Assembly: GCF_006345805.1 (NCBI RefSeq)
Contig: NC_043003.1
Location: 90,954,001-91,018,000 of the forward strand
Reading direction: 5' to 3'
Length of the DNA stretch: 64,000 nucleotides
Source: Octopus sinensis
Lineage: Eukaryota
Position numbers and translations under genes: made by a program. Of this stretch, positions 12,036-25,419 are shown in pieces. Each line of letters starts with the position of its first letter. The stretch's first letter is position 1. The notes beneath the pieces were generated by a model that was given only the letters and a program-made list of their open reading frames with translations, had not been told where the DNA came from and ran no database searches.

Positions 12036-13239
12036 CTGTAGAAATGAAGAAAAACAAAATTATTTTTTTTAAATGTTCTCTTTATTGCTTTGATTTTATT
12101 AAATCTTATTAAAGTACTGATATTCATTACTGATGTGTGGTGTGTGTGTGGGATGTATATATATGTATCATCATCATCATCATCATCATCATCATTTAAC
12201 ATCCGTTCATGCTGGCACAGGTTGGAAGGCTTGACAGGAACTGGTAAAGTCAGGGGCTGCACCAGGTTCCAAATCTGTTTTGGCTTGTTTTTTATGGCTG
12301 GATGACATTCCTAATACCAACTACTCCACAGAGTGTACTGCGTGCTTTTTATGTGGCACCAGCACCAGTGCCCTTTATGCTTTTAGGCTCTTTTTTAATT
12401 TTAGGCTCTCAGTTCTGTAGTGGTGGTTAGGCCTTCTCCAGTACAGCAATGTGCTACATATCTTGGTCTTCTGTCATCTCCTTTGTAAGGTTCAACGTTT
12501 TAAGACAGGCCTTCAATATATATATATATATTGTAAGTATGTACGTGCATATATATATGTATTTAAATATAAATAAACCTAAATTCATGTGTACATGTAT
12601 ATAAACGTATGGCTCATACCTACTGAACAAGCTCCAAGTAGTATGGACATTTATAAATATACTTATACATGCACATATTTACATATATATTTATGCACAT
12701 ACATGCATACATATACATACACACACACAAATGTATACATATACATGCATATTAAAAAGCACATGCATGAATATATATATATAACTAGTCACAAAGGATG
12801 TAGAGTAAACACTTGTATTGGGTGAAACTGTGAAAGGGATTATCAGAGATAAAATTTCAAAGAAAACACATATAATAGATTATATTTAGGATTAAAACAA
12901 TCAAGAGTGAAGGTAAAGAAGTTGGAAGGTGTAGAATGAAAGAAGCAGGGCAGTCATCAAAGAGTAACAACTTCAGCCTCACTTAAATAGTTTATTTTAG
13001 GGCATAAAATGTATGGACTAAATATCCATTAGTCATTAAAGTAGTTTTACATAACAGAAGAATGACTGAATATGATCAAATACACTATAAATTATAAAGA
13101 GGAAAATTAGTTATGGTCCTCATTGGATAGGAAATTGGTCACTGTCATTAATCAAAATCATAAGGTTTATTAATTTAGGTCTGATAAGTTAATCTAAGGT
13201 TAGGTATACATAGTGTATAGGAATGACTTATTTCTAAGA

Positions 13240-13730
13240 TGCTAGCATTTTATAATTGATTTATCATTATTTGATTTTATTCTACTAATGTAGGTTACTT
13301 CTAATACAGAGAACCCACACCGACCACCACCACCACCTTTATATGACTGTGCATAACATACAATGGACCAAGCAATTTTATATTCAATGTTATAAATTAG
13401 TGAGAAAATGTACAAATTTACCAAAAGATGTACTACTAGGCTTATTTTTATGCCTAAGTCTAAGTTTGTAATTATTCCAGTAAAATCTGAATGTGGAAGA
13501 GAATGCACTGATACATATGAAGAGTGAGTTTTGTGTATATTTAGATTTCAAATGTTGATATAACCAGGATGTTCTGGTAATTTGATGAACTTTCTTTATT
13601 TGCATTAATTTGTGAATAAACAATTGTATTGTATAATGATGAACACACATTAATACAGACATGTATGCACAATTCCTGATACACTGAAATTAATACTACA
13701 TGAAGAAGGTTCCGAAATGGCTGTAATCCT
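13240..13730 (-). mobile_element. Degenerate Penelope-like GIY-YIG endonuclease fragment
   Basis: Minus-strand frameshifted peptides STFRFYWNNYKLRLRHKNKPSSTSFGKFV and NIEYKIAWSIVCYAQSYKGGGGGRC. Adjacent decayed hammerhead-like TGAAGAAGGTTCCGAAATGGCTGTA near 13701-13725. Confidence 0.6.
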
Positions 13731-14011
13731 ATAGAAGTATATAGTTAGAGAAATCTTTGTTCACCTCTTATACATCCTGACTTTGTTTTCATATATTCCC
13801 AATAGAATAATTTTATCTAGATTTTCGGTTACATGGACACTATGCATTGCACTACCTTGTAACTGATTAGTATGTGAACTGATAGCCAAGTCCATATGAG
13901 GAGCATGATTCTCTGAATCCACATATTTTATACTACTCATTTACACACACACAGATCATTTGTAGAAAACATAAACCCGAAAGAAGAAGCACATTCTAAG
14001 ATGTAGAGCAG

Positions 14012-14610
14012 TATATATTAAAAATGGGGAAGGCCAGTTTATGGGATTACCTTAGGTCTCCCGTTCATAAAGGGTTTATGGTGTATCGTCAGATCCCGAA
14101 AAACCTGTTGGCCCATGACCTCTTAAAAATATAGAGGGAGAAATGCCTCACTACTTAAAGGCAATAACTGGGGATTATCTCCCTTTGCTATTGGCTATCA
14201 ACTTTCGGCTGTGCTGCATCTTGTGGGCACCAAATGACTAGTAAGAAGCTCCTGGAATGTAAACATAGCCCAAAAATCTCTGTTCTGGAGTTAAGCAAGT
14301 CTTTTAGGATTCTCATGCGTTCAGCTATGCATAGCTTGCAATGTTTCATCCCGTTGATGTAAGGGCCTGGGTTCACAAAGATTTACCATGAGATCGAGTA
14401 TAGAATCCTATTGTCTCTTAGTTGCCAGACATGGCTGGCCAGTGATGTTATGTATAAGTAGTGAGGCATTTTCCCCTCCATATTTTTATGAGGTCATGGA
14501 CCAACAGGTTTTTTGGGATCTGATGATACGCCATAAAGCTAAACCCTTTATGAACAGAAAACCTAAGGTAATCCCATAAACCATCCCTCCCCATTTTTAA
14601 TATATATATA
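14012..14610. mobile_element. Penelope-like element remnant: inverted terminal repeats around a GIY-YIG C-terminal fragment
   Basis: About 150-bp inverted arms (about 14012-14160 and 14455-14610). Internal minus-strand peptide PYINGMKHCKLCIAERMRILKDLLNSRTEIFGLCLH fits the PLE C-x2-C...LN-R-E...C-H pattern. Hammerhead-like motif at 14514-14576. Confidence 0.75.
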
Positions 14611-14649
14611 TATAAAACCTGGTGCAGCTCTCTGGATTACTAGTTCCAG

Positions 14650-15012
14650 TCACTTGACTGCAACCATGCTGGAGTACCACCTTTAGTCGAACAAATCGAC
14701 CACAGGACTTATTCTTTGTGAACCTAGTATTTATTTTATAGGTCTCTTTTGCCGAACCACTGAGTTACGGGGATGTAAGCACACCAACATCGGTTGTCAG
14801 GCGATGGTGGGGGGGGGAGACAAACACAAACACATAAATACATATACATACATACATATATATATATATACACACACACAACAATGGGCTTTTTTCACTT
14901 TCCGTCAACCAAATCCATTCACAAAGCTTTAGTCAGCCCGAAGCTATAGTAGATGACACTTGCTCAAGGTGCCACGCAGTGGGACTGGACCTGGAACCAT
15001 ATGGTTGGGAAA
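14650..15012 (-). mobile_element. SINE, family A
   Basis: Reverse complement of the family A tail, microsatellite and head. Confidence 0.85.
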
Positions 15013-15019
15013 TAACCAA

Positions 15020-15818
15020 AATTACATAAAAATATCTTGAAATATTAAAGAGTGAATTTATTCAATAAATCGCCATTGGCTTCAACCACAACCTCAGGAC
15101 AACTTTGGAATCTCCTGCAACTCTTCTGGATGGACTCCTTGTTTAAACTGATGGATGCTGCCATAATCCTTGCCTTCAGTTCATCTTTGGTGTTACAAGG
15201 AGTTTTGTTGGTCTCTCACTCAACTGCACCCCACACATAATAATGAAGGCGGTTGCAGTCTGGGGAGTTAAGTGGCTATATTTAGTTAGGGATGATGTGG
15301 TCATAGAAATTGTCTGACAGCCATGACTGGGTTCTCCTGCTTGTGTGGCATGGTGCAGAGTCCTGTTGCTAAACATAGGGTCTTCCGGCTGTTGACACAG
15401 GGCAGCACCACCTCCTCCAGGCACTTGATGTAGGCCTTCATGTTGAGTCTGAGGCTATGTGGGAATATGTATGGAGGGATAACATTGCCATCTCTAGTGA
15501 TCACTCCAAACACCATGATGTTGATTGGATGTTTGATTTTTATTACTCTCAGTACATGTCCTCAGATTGCACTGTCCTCAGATTGACACCCAAATACTCT
15601 GAAATGTTCATATTGGAGCTTCCAGCACAAATGCCAAGCAGTACAGCATGTCGTTTCCAAATTTATGGTAGGAGTGAATTGCATCATGGTGTTGTTTTTT
15701 TCACAGACAGTGCTCAATTGGCCCTACTATACTGTGTAGTTGACAAAATCAAAAACAAACAATGTGCATGCGTGAAATTAAAAATATAAAATGGTGACAA
15801 TTTACCCATTGCACCCTG
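15020..15818 (-). mobile_element. maT/DD37D-like Tc1-mariner remnant
   Basis: End TA-CAGGGTGCAATGGGTAAATTGTCACC at 15818. Peptides MVFGVITRDGNVIPPYIF and SPDCNRLHYYVWG. The other end is truncated by a SINE. Confidence 0.75.
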
Positions 15819-15819
15819 T

Positions 15820-15828
15820 ATATGTATG

Positions 15829-15860
<32 letters not shown>

Positions 15861-16000
15861 TGTATGTATGTATGTATGTATGTATGTATGAATGTAGGTA
15901 TGTATGTATGTGTATGTATGTATGTATGTATGTATGTATGTATGTATGTATGTATGTATGTATGCATGCATGCATATATATATATATATATATATATATT
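15820..16000. repeat. (TATG)n/(TA)n microsatellite
   Basis: Read directly from the sequence. Confidence 0.95.
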
Positions 16001-17841
16001 CGGAATTTAGAAGGTTTAGATGTGTGTGTATATATGTGTGTGAATGTGTTATTATTAGAATGGGACAATTTAATTAGCAAAGAGCACGTGTGTAGAGTGC
16101 TTTCTCAGCCTTACCAGCAAAAAAATTTGCACATATATATTGTTCAGCTATTACATGCACTAATGACCATCACTTCAGGTATATATTAATTACTTACATT
16201 AACACCAGGTTACAAATTTGCAAGGAAGGTGATGTATTTAGTTACTTTCATCACTCCCAATATATGAACGGTAATTATTTTGATTGACACAAAAGGTATG
16301 AAAAGCTAGAGGTGACTCAAACAGGGTTTGGTCTCATAACAGGACAAAACTAAATATTGTTGAAGTCTTGGTTCAGTACCTTATGATCTTCCCCCTTTCA
16401 CTTTGTTACTGATCTCAAACAATTATTAATTCTGAGACGTGATTTGTGCTCTAATAACAATAGAGACATGAATACAATCTTTATATTGATCATCATCATT
16501 ATCATCATCATTTAACATTCATTTTCCATGCTGGCATGGGTTAGACAGCTTAACAGGAACTGGCAAGGCCAGGGGCTGCACCTGGGTCCATAGTCTGTTT
16601 TGATTTGGTTTCTGTGGCTGGATGGCTTTCCTAATGCCAACCACTCCACAGAGTGTACAGGATGTCTTTGACATGGCACCAGTACCCACACTAATACTTT
16701 TTATGGCACCATGGTTTTAGGATCTCAATTCTGTTGTGGTGGGTGGGTCTTCCTGAGTACAGCAATGCACCACAAATCTCAGTGTTCTGTCATCTCCTTT
16801 GCAAAGTTTACCATTTTGAGATCAGCCTTCAATACTTCTTCCCATGTCTTCCTGGGTCTCCCTCTTCCACAACTTCCCTCCACTTTAAGCGATCAGCACT
16901 TCTTTGTGCAACTGTCCTTATCCATCTTCATCACATGTCCAAACCACTGCAGTCTCCTCTCTTGCATAAATAAATTCATTCTGTCTTTCACACCAGGTAC
17001 TAGTGGCCTGATCGAAGCTGGGATAACTGGCTGTGAGTTAGAGTATAGCATATTGTAGCTACTGCCCTCTGAGTTTCTCTACATCCTATAAACATTCAAA
17101 ATGTCTCTTCCTTATAAACTCACTTCAAAATATTCACAGATTATTCGAGCAAACTATTTCATCATCGTCATCATTATCATCATCAACATCATCATAGTTT
17201 AATATCCACTTTTCCATGCTTGCATAGGATGAATGGAGTTTATTGATGCTGGTTTTCTATAGTTGGATGCCCTTCACCTGTTTCTAGGCATGTTTTTTCA
17301 AAATATTATAAATAAATGACACTGCTTATATGATGTTGCCACTCATTTACAACTATCATGATACCAACACAAGGAGAAAGAAACATATGCACGCGCACAC
17401 ACACACATACACACACACACACGTACACAATGCGCTTCTTTCAATTTCTGTTGATCAAATCCACTCACAAGGCTTTCATTGACCTGAGGCTATATTAGAA
17501 GACACTTGTCCAAAGCACTGCGCAGTGGGACTGAACCTGAAATCATGTGGTAGGGAAGCAAATTTCTCAATCACATAGCTATGTCTGCATCAACATATTT
17601 GTTACTAACAAAATGTAACACACCATAGTTATTTTTTAGACCCAAACTATTCTCTTTTAGTCTATCCTACCTGTCCAGGGAGTGTTGAGGTGTGAACATA
17701 GAAGTAAATGCTACACCTGGTTAAAGTCAAAATTAGGTGCTGAGAAACAGGTGCTGTCTCTCTTTGAGAACTTCATATATCACCTCACATAAGCATACAA
17801 CAGACATTAAAAATACAAGGAATACAATGCCATATACTTAC

Positions 17842-17980
17842 ATCTACATATTCTTTAGCAAGTGATGTCTTCTGGACTGCCATTACTTCATCACCTGTAG
17901 CAGATATAACTGGTTTTAGTTCTGTTGGACGAAGTTCTGCTAATGGTGTTACTTTTGGTTTCCAGATAGTTACAGCACCT
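17842..17980 (-). CDS. PDLIM/Zasp-like gene, exon immediately after the PDZ domain
   Basis: Acceptor TTCTTTTCTTTCAG and donor GTAAGT. 139 nt, phase 2 to 0, joining the PDZ exon in frame (AG|A = Arg). Translates GAVTIWKPKVTPLAELRPTELKPVISATGDEVMAVQKTSLAKEYVD; WKP resembles the post-PDZ W-P motif of this family. Confidence 0.88.
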
Positions 17981-19659
17981 CTGAAAGAAAAGAATAACAT
18001 AAGAACTGAGTTAATACAATTAATTGATTATTTGGATTGGTAGAATCATTAGCATATCAAATAATATGTTATGCAATATTTATTCCATTCTGAATTCAAA
18101 TTCTGCTGTAATCAGCTTTGGTTTTCATCCCTCCAAAGTTGATAAAATAAAGTACCAGTCAAGTATTGGGGTTGATCTAATCAACAAACCTACTCTCCTC
18201 AAAATTTCTGACCTTGTGCTTAAATCAGAAACAGTTGATGCCGTTGCCCACTATCTCTTTTTTTGTAAGGCAGTAGAGATGATTTCTGGGAGATTTGTCT
18301 ATAAAGACACTTTCATTGGCCGGCCACAGAGATATAATGATGATGATGATGATGATGATGATAACGATGAGGGTTTAGATTGTTGCTGGTATTATTAGAA
18401 AATCACAATGAGCCATGTTTGAGGAAACTTATGGCAGGAAGATGGCTCATCAAATTAAAAGGAGATTTGTTAGAAGAATTTGGTAGGTTCTTATATCATG
18501 AAGGGTGAAGAATCCATTTCAGAGTTTTGATCTATGCCTGAGTATCGGAAATACACACACACACAATGGGCTTCTTTCAGTTTCCATCTACCAAATCAAC
18601 TCACAAGGCTTTGGGCAGCTTGGGGCTTTAGTAGAAGACACTTGCCCATGTTGCCATACAGTGGGACAATCTGAAACCATGTGGTTAAGAAGCAAACTTC
18701 TTATCTACACAATCACACCTGCACCTAGCTATTTGTTATTAACAAACTCTAACACAACTTGCAGGAGGAATCTAGAAGTCCAAACAGAAAAATAAACAGC
18801 TACTTTGAAGATGAGATTAAAGACATCAAAGCTAAGAGACCGGCTCAAACAGGAAAGGGATACTGAAAGAGTTACCCTTTCACTATACTATCAAGATACA
18901 CAACTTTATCTGGGATTTATTTTAAATAATACCAGTAACATAAAATTTGACTGGCAACTGTTGGTGCTGCCATCTATGGTTGCTTTCAAATTAAGAGGCA
19001 GAGAGAAAGAGAGTTTAATAAGAAATAGAAGAGAGGGAGAAATTTCCCTCAAGGGGAGAGAACCACTTAATGCTTTTTTTCCCTCGTTCTGGATGTCCTA
19101 ATAGCAGCAGATAACTTTATTTTGCTCTAATTGGAACTTAGAGCAATTTTCTTTTTCCATAAAGAAAACAAAGTAATGTTTTTAGATATTTTGTTGAAGA
19201 AAAAGGATGCACTTTGTAGGTTGGTTTAGAATTACTGTTAGGCCCTATATTAGGTCCCAAGATGTTCTTGAGAATTTTGTATATGCTGATGACCTGAATA
19301 TTCCAAATCTAGAAAAAATTTTAAAATATTCAAATGTTCAATCTGACAAAGAGAACATGATCCCACCCAAGCGACTGCTATATAGAGAGGGTGAAAAGGT
19401 GGTTAAGGAACTTGATACTAAATGCACAATGAAAGTAAACAATGTTGTCATCGTTGTTATTTAACGCTAGATCAGTTCTTGTTGAGTAGACACAACAGAG
19501 GAGTTAGCCATCTAAGTTCTTAGTAGTAGGGTAAAGAGAGTTATTGAAGATATGGAATCAGAGAAAATAGCTGACCAAGTATAGTTTCTGAGATGCTTAA
19601 AATATCTGGCAAAATAAGGTATAGGCTAGTCACTTGAATAGTCAATCAAGTAATACAAG

Positions 19660-19800
19660 AAGGTCTCATACCTAGCAGCGAGAATAGTACCATCATTGTA
19701 AATTACTACAGGAACAAAAGAGATGCACTAGAGAGAAGAAACTATAGAGGCATGAAATTGTTGAACCAGATTATTGAAAAATTGATTAAGGACAGAATCA
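19660..19800 (+). mobile_element. Old RTE LINE fragment
   Basis: Peptide IVNYYRNKRDALERRNYRGMKLLNQ. Confidence 0.6.
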
Positions 19801-20152
19801 GCTTTCCACAGCAGAAGTGTTAAAGTCTCCTGATGAAGAGGATTGGCCTGCAAAGCTGCTGTGCTAGTGCCACATAAAAAGCTCTCATGCCAGTGCCATG
19901 TAAAAGTGCCTGTGCTTGTGCCACATTAACAGCACCCAGCACACACTGTAAAGAGATTGACATTAGGAAAGGCATCTAACCATAGAAACCAAGCTAAATC
20001 AGACTTGAAACTGGTGCAGCTCTCCAGCTTGCCAGCTCTGGTCAAACCATCCAACCCATGCCAGCGTGGAAAATGGACGTTAAAGGATGAAGATGATACC
20101 GTTCCACTTTGTGACAAGAAGCAGTGCCAGTGATGCTATAATTTTGTTGAAA

Positions 20153-20185
<33 letters not shown>

Positions 20186-21069
20186 TTTGTGTGTTTGTCC
20201 CACACCACCACCATTGCTTGACAACCAATATTGGTGTGTTTACATCCCTATAACTTAGCAGTTCGACAAAAGAGACCGATGGAATAAGTGCTAGGCTTAC
20301 AAAAATAAGTCCTGGGGTCGATTTATTCAACTAAAAACCCCTTAAGGTGGTGCTCGAGCATGGCTGCAGTCAAATGACTGAAACAAGTAAAAGAATAAAA
20401 GAATACACACACACACACACACACACATACACACACACACACAAATAGATAGATAGACAGACAGAAGCTGACTGCCTTGTTAACATATCTAGTCATAATT
20501 GGATATATATTAACATTCCATTTGTATTTTATCTTTAGTACATCATTAATAGTTAATTACATAACATAATTAGGCACCACTTGATGCTAAATGCCACTAT
20601 TGACAATGTAATTTGAACATTCGCCTGCTTTTTCTCCTATTTAATTTAACATTTTTATCACCCAACACCCTAAAATTACATATAGACATATATATTATAA
20701 AGAAGGTGGAGGTGGTGATAATGGTGGTGGTGGTGGTGGTGGTGATGGTGGTTGGTGATGACAAGGAAGAAGAGTAGGAGAAGAAAGGGATTGTGTGCTC
20801 AAGTCCGTTAAAGCATTTCTAGAATGTAGACTAACAGTTGAATTGAGTCACATTGTAGGTATATCAAAGGGGTAAAATGTTACTATCCTATCGGCATCAT
20901 TGTTGAGGTCAATTCTCTTAATTCTCTCTCAATCGCTTCATTTTGGTATAAATTAATAGGATAGAGTTACAGTTTTTTACTGTATACAGTGAAAGCATTA
21001 TATAAACATTAGGTTTCTTGTTAATTTACAGAACTAAAATGAAGTTCTCTTCTGAACATAACTGACTTG

Positions 21070-21575
21070 TCAACTTGTCAAGAGGCATGCAATAAGAGAA
21101 CTACCTTCCATTGGTCACTTATATCTTCAAACATCTTGCTTCGCTGAACATCAGCGCACTAAAGTTTTGAAATCTTGCAGGTGACTTAGTTGAAACTCAC
21201 AAGACAATCGACTATCTTCCCAACAAAAACTTTGGTCATCTTTTTGAACTCAATAGCTCTACCACTCATGGAAATGCTTATAAAATCAAAAAACAAAAAA
21301 ACTGCACAGCATCTTTCAGCAACATTTTTTCATGTTTAAAATTGTTGAAGTATGGAATAAACTATGCAGTTCAGTTGTTAGCTATCAGGATACCGCATCT
21401 TTTAAAAATTCCATACTTCTTGAAATTCAACATCACCACTCCAGACATACTTATGTACCCTTTTCTCTTTATGACTCTTTTACCTTTTGTTTTCCTGTCT
21501 TTTTGTCGTTTATTTTGTGTATAATGCACAAGCCTTTTCTGATGAGTTATAGTGTACCTAAGCACTATACACAAT
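21070..21575 (+). mobile_element. CR1-like LINE 3' fragment
   Basis: Peptides THGNAYKIK and FKIVEVWNKL.SSVV....SFK. Terminal hairpin TATAGTG...CACTATA near 21548-21569. Confidence 0.6.
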
Positions 21576-21966
21576 GAGGTAACATCCACTCTCACCAAAA
21601 CATGGATGATCTGTTAGAACCAACTTCACTGCAGTAGTTACTATGAGAGAAACTCTCATGTAGGCCCTTGGTGCAAAATGCATGCTTGTTCATATCGCTA
21701 GCAGGGAGATAAATCCACACTAATCCCACCGCTGAGACAACCAGATCATGCAACCTAGACCCTTCCTGGTCTCATCAGTGATGGATGCTCTGGTGATCCA
21801 GTGCTCTTAACACTGGGGTTGGTGGGGATTTATCTCCCTTCTAGCAAAATGAGCAAGAATGCATTTTGCACCAAAGGCCTATACGAGAGTTCCTCTCATG
21901 GTAACTACTGCAGTGAAGTTGGTTCTAATAGAACATCCACATTTGGGTGGGAGTAGATGTTACCTC
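21576..21966. repeat. Long fold-back element (about 150-bp inverted arms)
   Basis: gaggtaacatc...ttagaaccaacttcactgcagtagttac...ttggtgcaaaatgcat is mirrored by atgcattttgcaccaa...gtaactactgcagtgaagttggttctaa...gatgttacctc. Confidence 0.9.
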
Positions 21967-22512
21967 TTGATGTTAATACTGCCACTTATTGTATACAATA
22001 TCCTCGTTATCATTATCATTATAAATGGGTAAAAGAGAAACTTATTTTAGTGATGTCATCAACAACCAACCCCAATAAGGAAGCACTGTTGTCAGATTTG
22101 AAAGTAGAGATAAGCAGGTGGTGTTAGTTATAGATTAATTTGAACTGTTGCAAATTTATTAATATATAGAAGAAAAACATGAAGAGGGGGATGTTAAAGA
22201 GATGCAATTAAGACTATGGAAAAGGTTGCAAGATGCAACGAAAATTTTTAGGAAAATAAAAATAAGAAATAAGTGGAAATTTTACTGGTGAGTTTGTTAA
22301 ATTATAAGGCACAAAAAGAAAATGAATCTCCCCAGACACAACAGAATCAAGAGAAAGATAGATTGGTATCAATATTTGGAATGAGGCAAGGAAGATGAGA
22401 TAGACAAAGGGATACAAGAATAGCAAAAGTGGATTCTCAGAATGTGTTTAGATTTTGAGAGATTTGCAGTTAGCATAGAATTTACAGAGAGAGGAGGGGA
22501 GAGGAGGATGGG

Positions 22513-22544
<32 letters not shown>

Positions 22545-23004
22545 CAGACAGACAGAGACAGACAGACAGAGACAGAGACAGAGACAGAGAGACAGAGAGA
22601 GATGAAAATGGAATAATGACTTGAAGGGGTTGAGTATTAGCAACTGAAATCTGTAAAGCAGGCAACATATTTTCTTGGATGTAGCTTAAGAATGCACATG
22701 TGTGAAGCTGGGTGCATCATCTTTAATGTATGAACATTAATATTTGTGCTGTTTAAAGCACCAAAACAACAGAAGCATTCATTCTCTGGTTCCCAAGAGT
22801 AAACAAAGCACCCCTCCCCCCAAGCAAAACACCTTAGTCTTTGTGAGGCAGACTTAGATATGTGAAAGGTAGAGATAGGTGTTGCACATGTGTAATAGCT
22901 TATAACTGTGTCATTTCTATGGAATGAATGTAATGTTGAGGGTTAGGGTTGAGGAAAAGTTTTTGACTACTCTTACTACCAGGTTCAGCAAATGTGGCTC
23001 AATA

Positions 23005-23400
23005 TCTTTTATTTCTTACTTGTTTCAGTCATTAGATTGTGGCCATGCTGGGGCACCACTTGAAGGATTTAGTGAAACAGATCAACTCCAGTATTTACTT
23101 TTTTCTAAGCTTGGTACTTATTCTATTAGTTTCTTTTTGCCAAACCATTAAGTTACAGGGATGCAAACAAACCAATACTGGTTGTCAAGCAGAAGCAGGA
23201 GGCAAACACAAAAACACACACACACACACATATATATATGCAACAGGCTTCTTTCGGCTTCTATCTACAAATTCACTTACAAGGCTTTGGTCAACCTGAG
23301 GCTGCAGTAGAGAACACTTGTTCAAGGTGCAACGCAGTGGTACTGAACCTGGAACCACGTGATTGGGAAGCAAACTACTTACCACCCATCTACACCTACA
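23005..23400 (-). mobile_element. SINE, family A
   Basis: Reverse complement of the family A tail, microsatellite and head. Confidence 0.85.
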
Positions 23401-23657
23401 CCTATAACGAAATTAATTGCAGGATGTATAGCGAATTTTTTTTTTTTAGCTTGGAAGATGGGGCAATGCCAATGTCTTTTGCTGGATCTTCCCGACTGAT
23501 GTGATTAAAAAAAGGAGAATAGGAGATACAAGGACAGTGTGTACATGAAATGGTAAGACAAGGTACATATGGACACATATGCACACATACACACTGCCCT
23601 ACTGGCTCATGGCTGTTGCATTCAGACACAATTATTTCATGAGTCTTTTGTATATTA

Positions 23658-23659
<2 letters not shown>

Positions 23660-23733
<74 letters not shown>

Positions 23734-23997
23734 ACACACACATACCACATACACAGTGATGCACATACACACGTGCTCACTCACATGCACTCACATGCAC
23801 TCACACATGCACACACACACACATAGTGATACACATACATATGTGCTCACACACATGTACCTACAGCACAATCATTCATCAACACACACACACACACACA
23901 CACACACATGCACACACCCACACATAGTGATACACATACATATGTGCTCACACACATGTACCTACAGCACAATCATTCATCAACACACACACACACG
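23660..23997. repeat. (CA)n plus an approximately 100-bp tandem duplication next to the PDZ exon donor
   Basis: acatagtgatacacatacatatgtgctcacacacatgtacctacagcacaatcattcatcaacacac occurs twice (about 23821 and 23922). Confidence 0.85.
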
Positions 23998-24045
23998 TCC
24001 ACAACCATCCACCCTAAACACACACACCAAACCAACAGACCTTAC

Positions 24046-24197
24046 CTTTTCACAAGCAAATTAATCTCATTTGCTGATCGAATAATTTCCATTTTAGCCT
24101 GCTCATGAGTGAGGTGGTCAGTAATTGTGTTGTTTATCCTCAAGATACCATCACCAGCCTTAGCCCCAGCACAATCTGCAATGCTACCAGGTTGTAC
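24046..24197 (-). CDS. PDZ/ZASP-motif (PDLIM/Zasp-like, ALP/Enigma family) gene, exon encoding the C-terminal half of the PDZ domain
   Basis: Acceptor TTTTTTTTCAG and donor GTAAG. 152 nt, phase 0 to 2. Translates VQPGSIADCAGAKAGDGILRINNTITDHLTHEQAKMEIIRSANEINLLVK(R), the typical PDZ pattern (PGS-A---G---GD-IL-IN ... LTH-QA---I). Confidence 0.93.
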
Positions 24198-25195
24198 CTG
24201 AAAAAAAAAACAACAACAAAAATTAAGGACTATTTTGGTAATCAAAGATGTCTATATTCGCAATAGATGAATAGAGCAGGTTGGCCCCAAAGTGCAGCAC
24301 ATGGGACAGTCTCTTTTACCATAGCCCCAGGCCAACTAAAGCCTTGTGAGTAGATTTGGTAAATATGTGTGTGTGTGTGTCCTTGATATGTAAATAAATG
24401 TCACCTTCATTAAAGTGGCATTTGTTTCCAGTTTTCTATAAAAACATGTCTGGTCATGGGAAAATATTACCTTGTTTGGAAACATGTGAATGTTAGTGGC
24501 AGGAAGAGCACCTGATCATAGAAAATCTGGATGTTAATGATATTGTATAGCTGTGTATGATATTTACTTATATAGTTATATACTATATGAGGCTTAAAGA
24601 ATTTTTATCCATAACATATGCCATATACATGAAATTTGTCCCAAAAGTGAAAAGTTAACATACACAAAAACATAATTCCTAAAGAATGCAAAGTTGTCAT
24701 GAGACAAGATCCAAAATCACTTAAATAAACAACTTAAACAAGACACAATGGAATCTCAGGTAAATTTTAAGAATTTTAGAAAATAAAATTGCAACACAAT
24801 TTTTCTTTAAATATTGCCAATGTCCACATGTTCTTTCTTCCACCCTAATTTTCTTGTGTTTGCAACAGTTCATTTACTTTGTTTTTCATTGATTTCAACA
24901 TACTTCTCAGCATCTATCAACTCTATTCTTAACGTTTCTTCCTATGTACACGCACTAATTCAATTGACTTGGGTATTATAACTAACTTTAACCAAACGGT
25001 ACTTCCTCTCATCTATTTCCTGCATTTTTCCATTTTCTCATTCCTTACATTCTACAGTTTCAGTATTTTGTGTGGATTTCTTGTCTATAATAACATTTGT
25101 TGGGTAACAATGATGATGAGGCAGAGAAGGAAAAAGATGAGGGTTGAATCTCATCATTTACTGATGGTGGACAACTGCTATAAAAAATTTCCAAT

Positions 25196-25419
25196 TTAAC
25201 TCTTCAGTGTTCATATAATTCAAATATAATGCTTATTTATTCACATTCTTTTGAATTAATCATGCATTATCTCATAGCTTTTGAGATTTTGATGACATGA
25301 TTGTTATTCTTTGAATGACATTGTAGGGTAGGTGTGAGAGGCTAGATCTGGCCAGTTTGAACATAAAACAAAGAGAATATTTTGGCCAGATATGACCAGT
25401 TTAAATGCCAAAAGGTTAA
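25196..25419. mobile_element. piggyBac-like MITE (second copy at about 50330-50548)
   Basis: TTAA-CTCTT...AAAGG-TTAA ends. Internal sequence shared with 50330-50548. Confidence 0.55.

Noticed and set aside
21539-21575. CTGATGA plus TATAGTG/CACTATA hairpin as a hammerhead
   Set aside because: Lacks GAAA and stem I. It fits the terminal stem-loop of the CR1-like fragment better.
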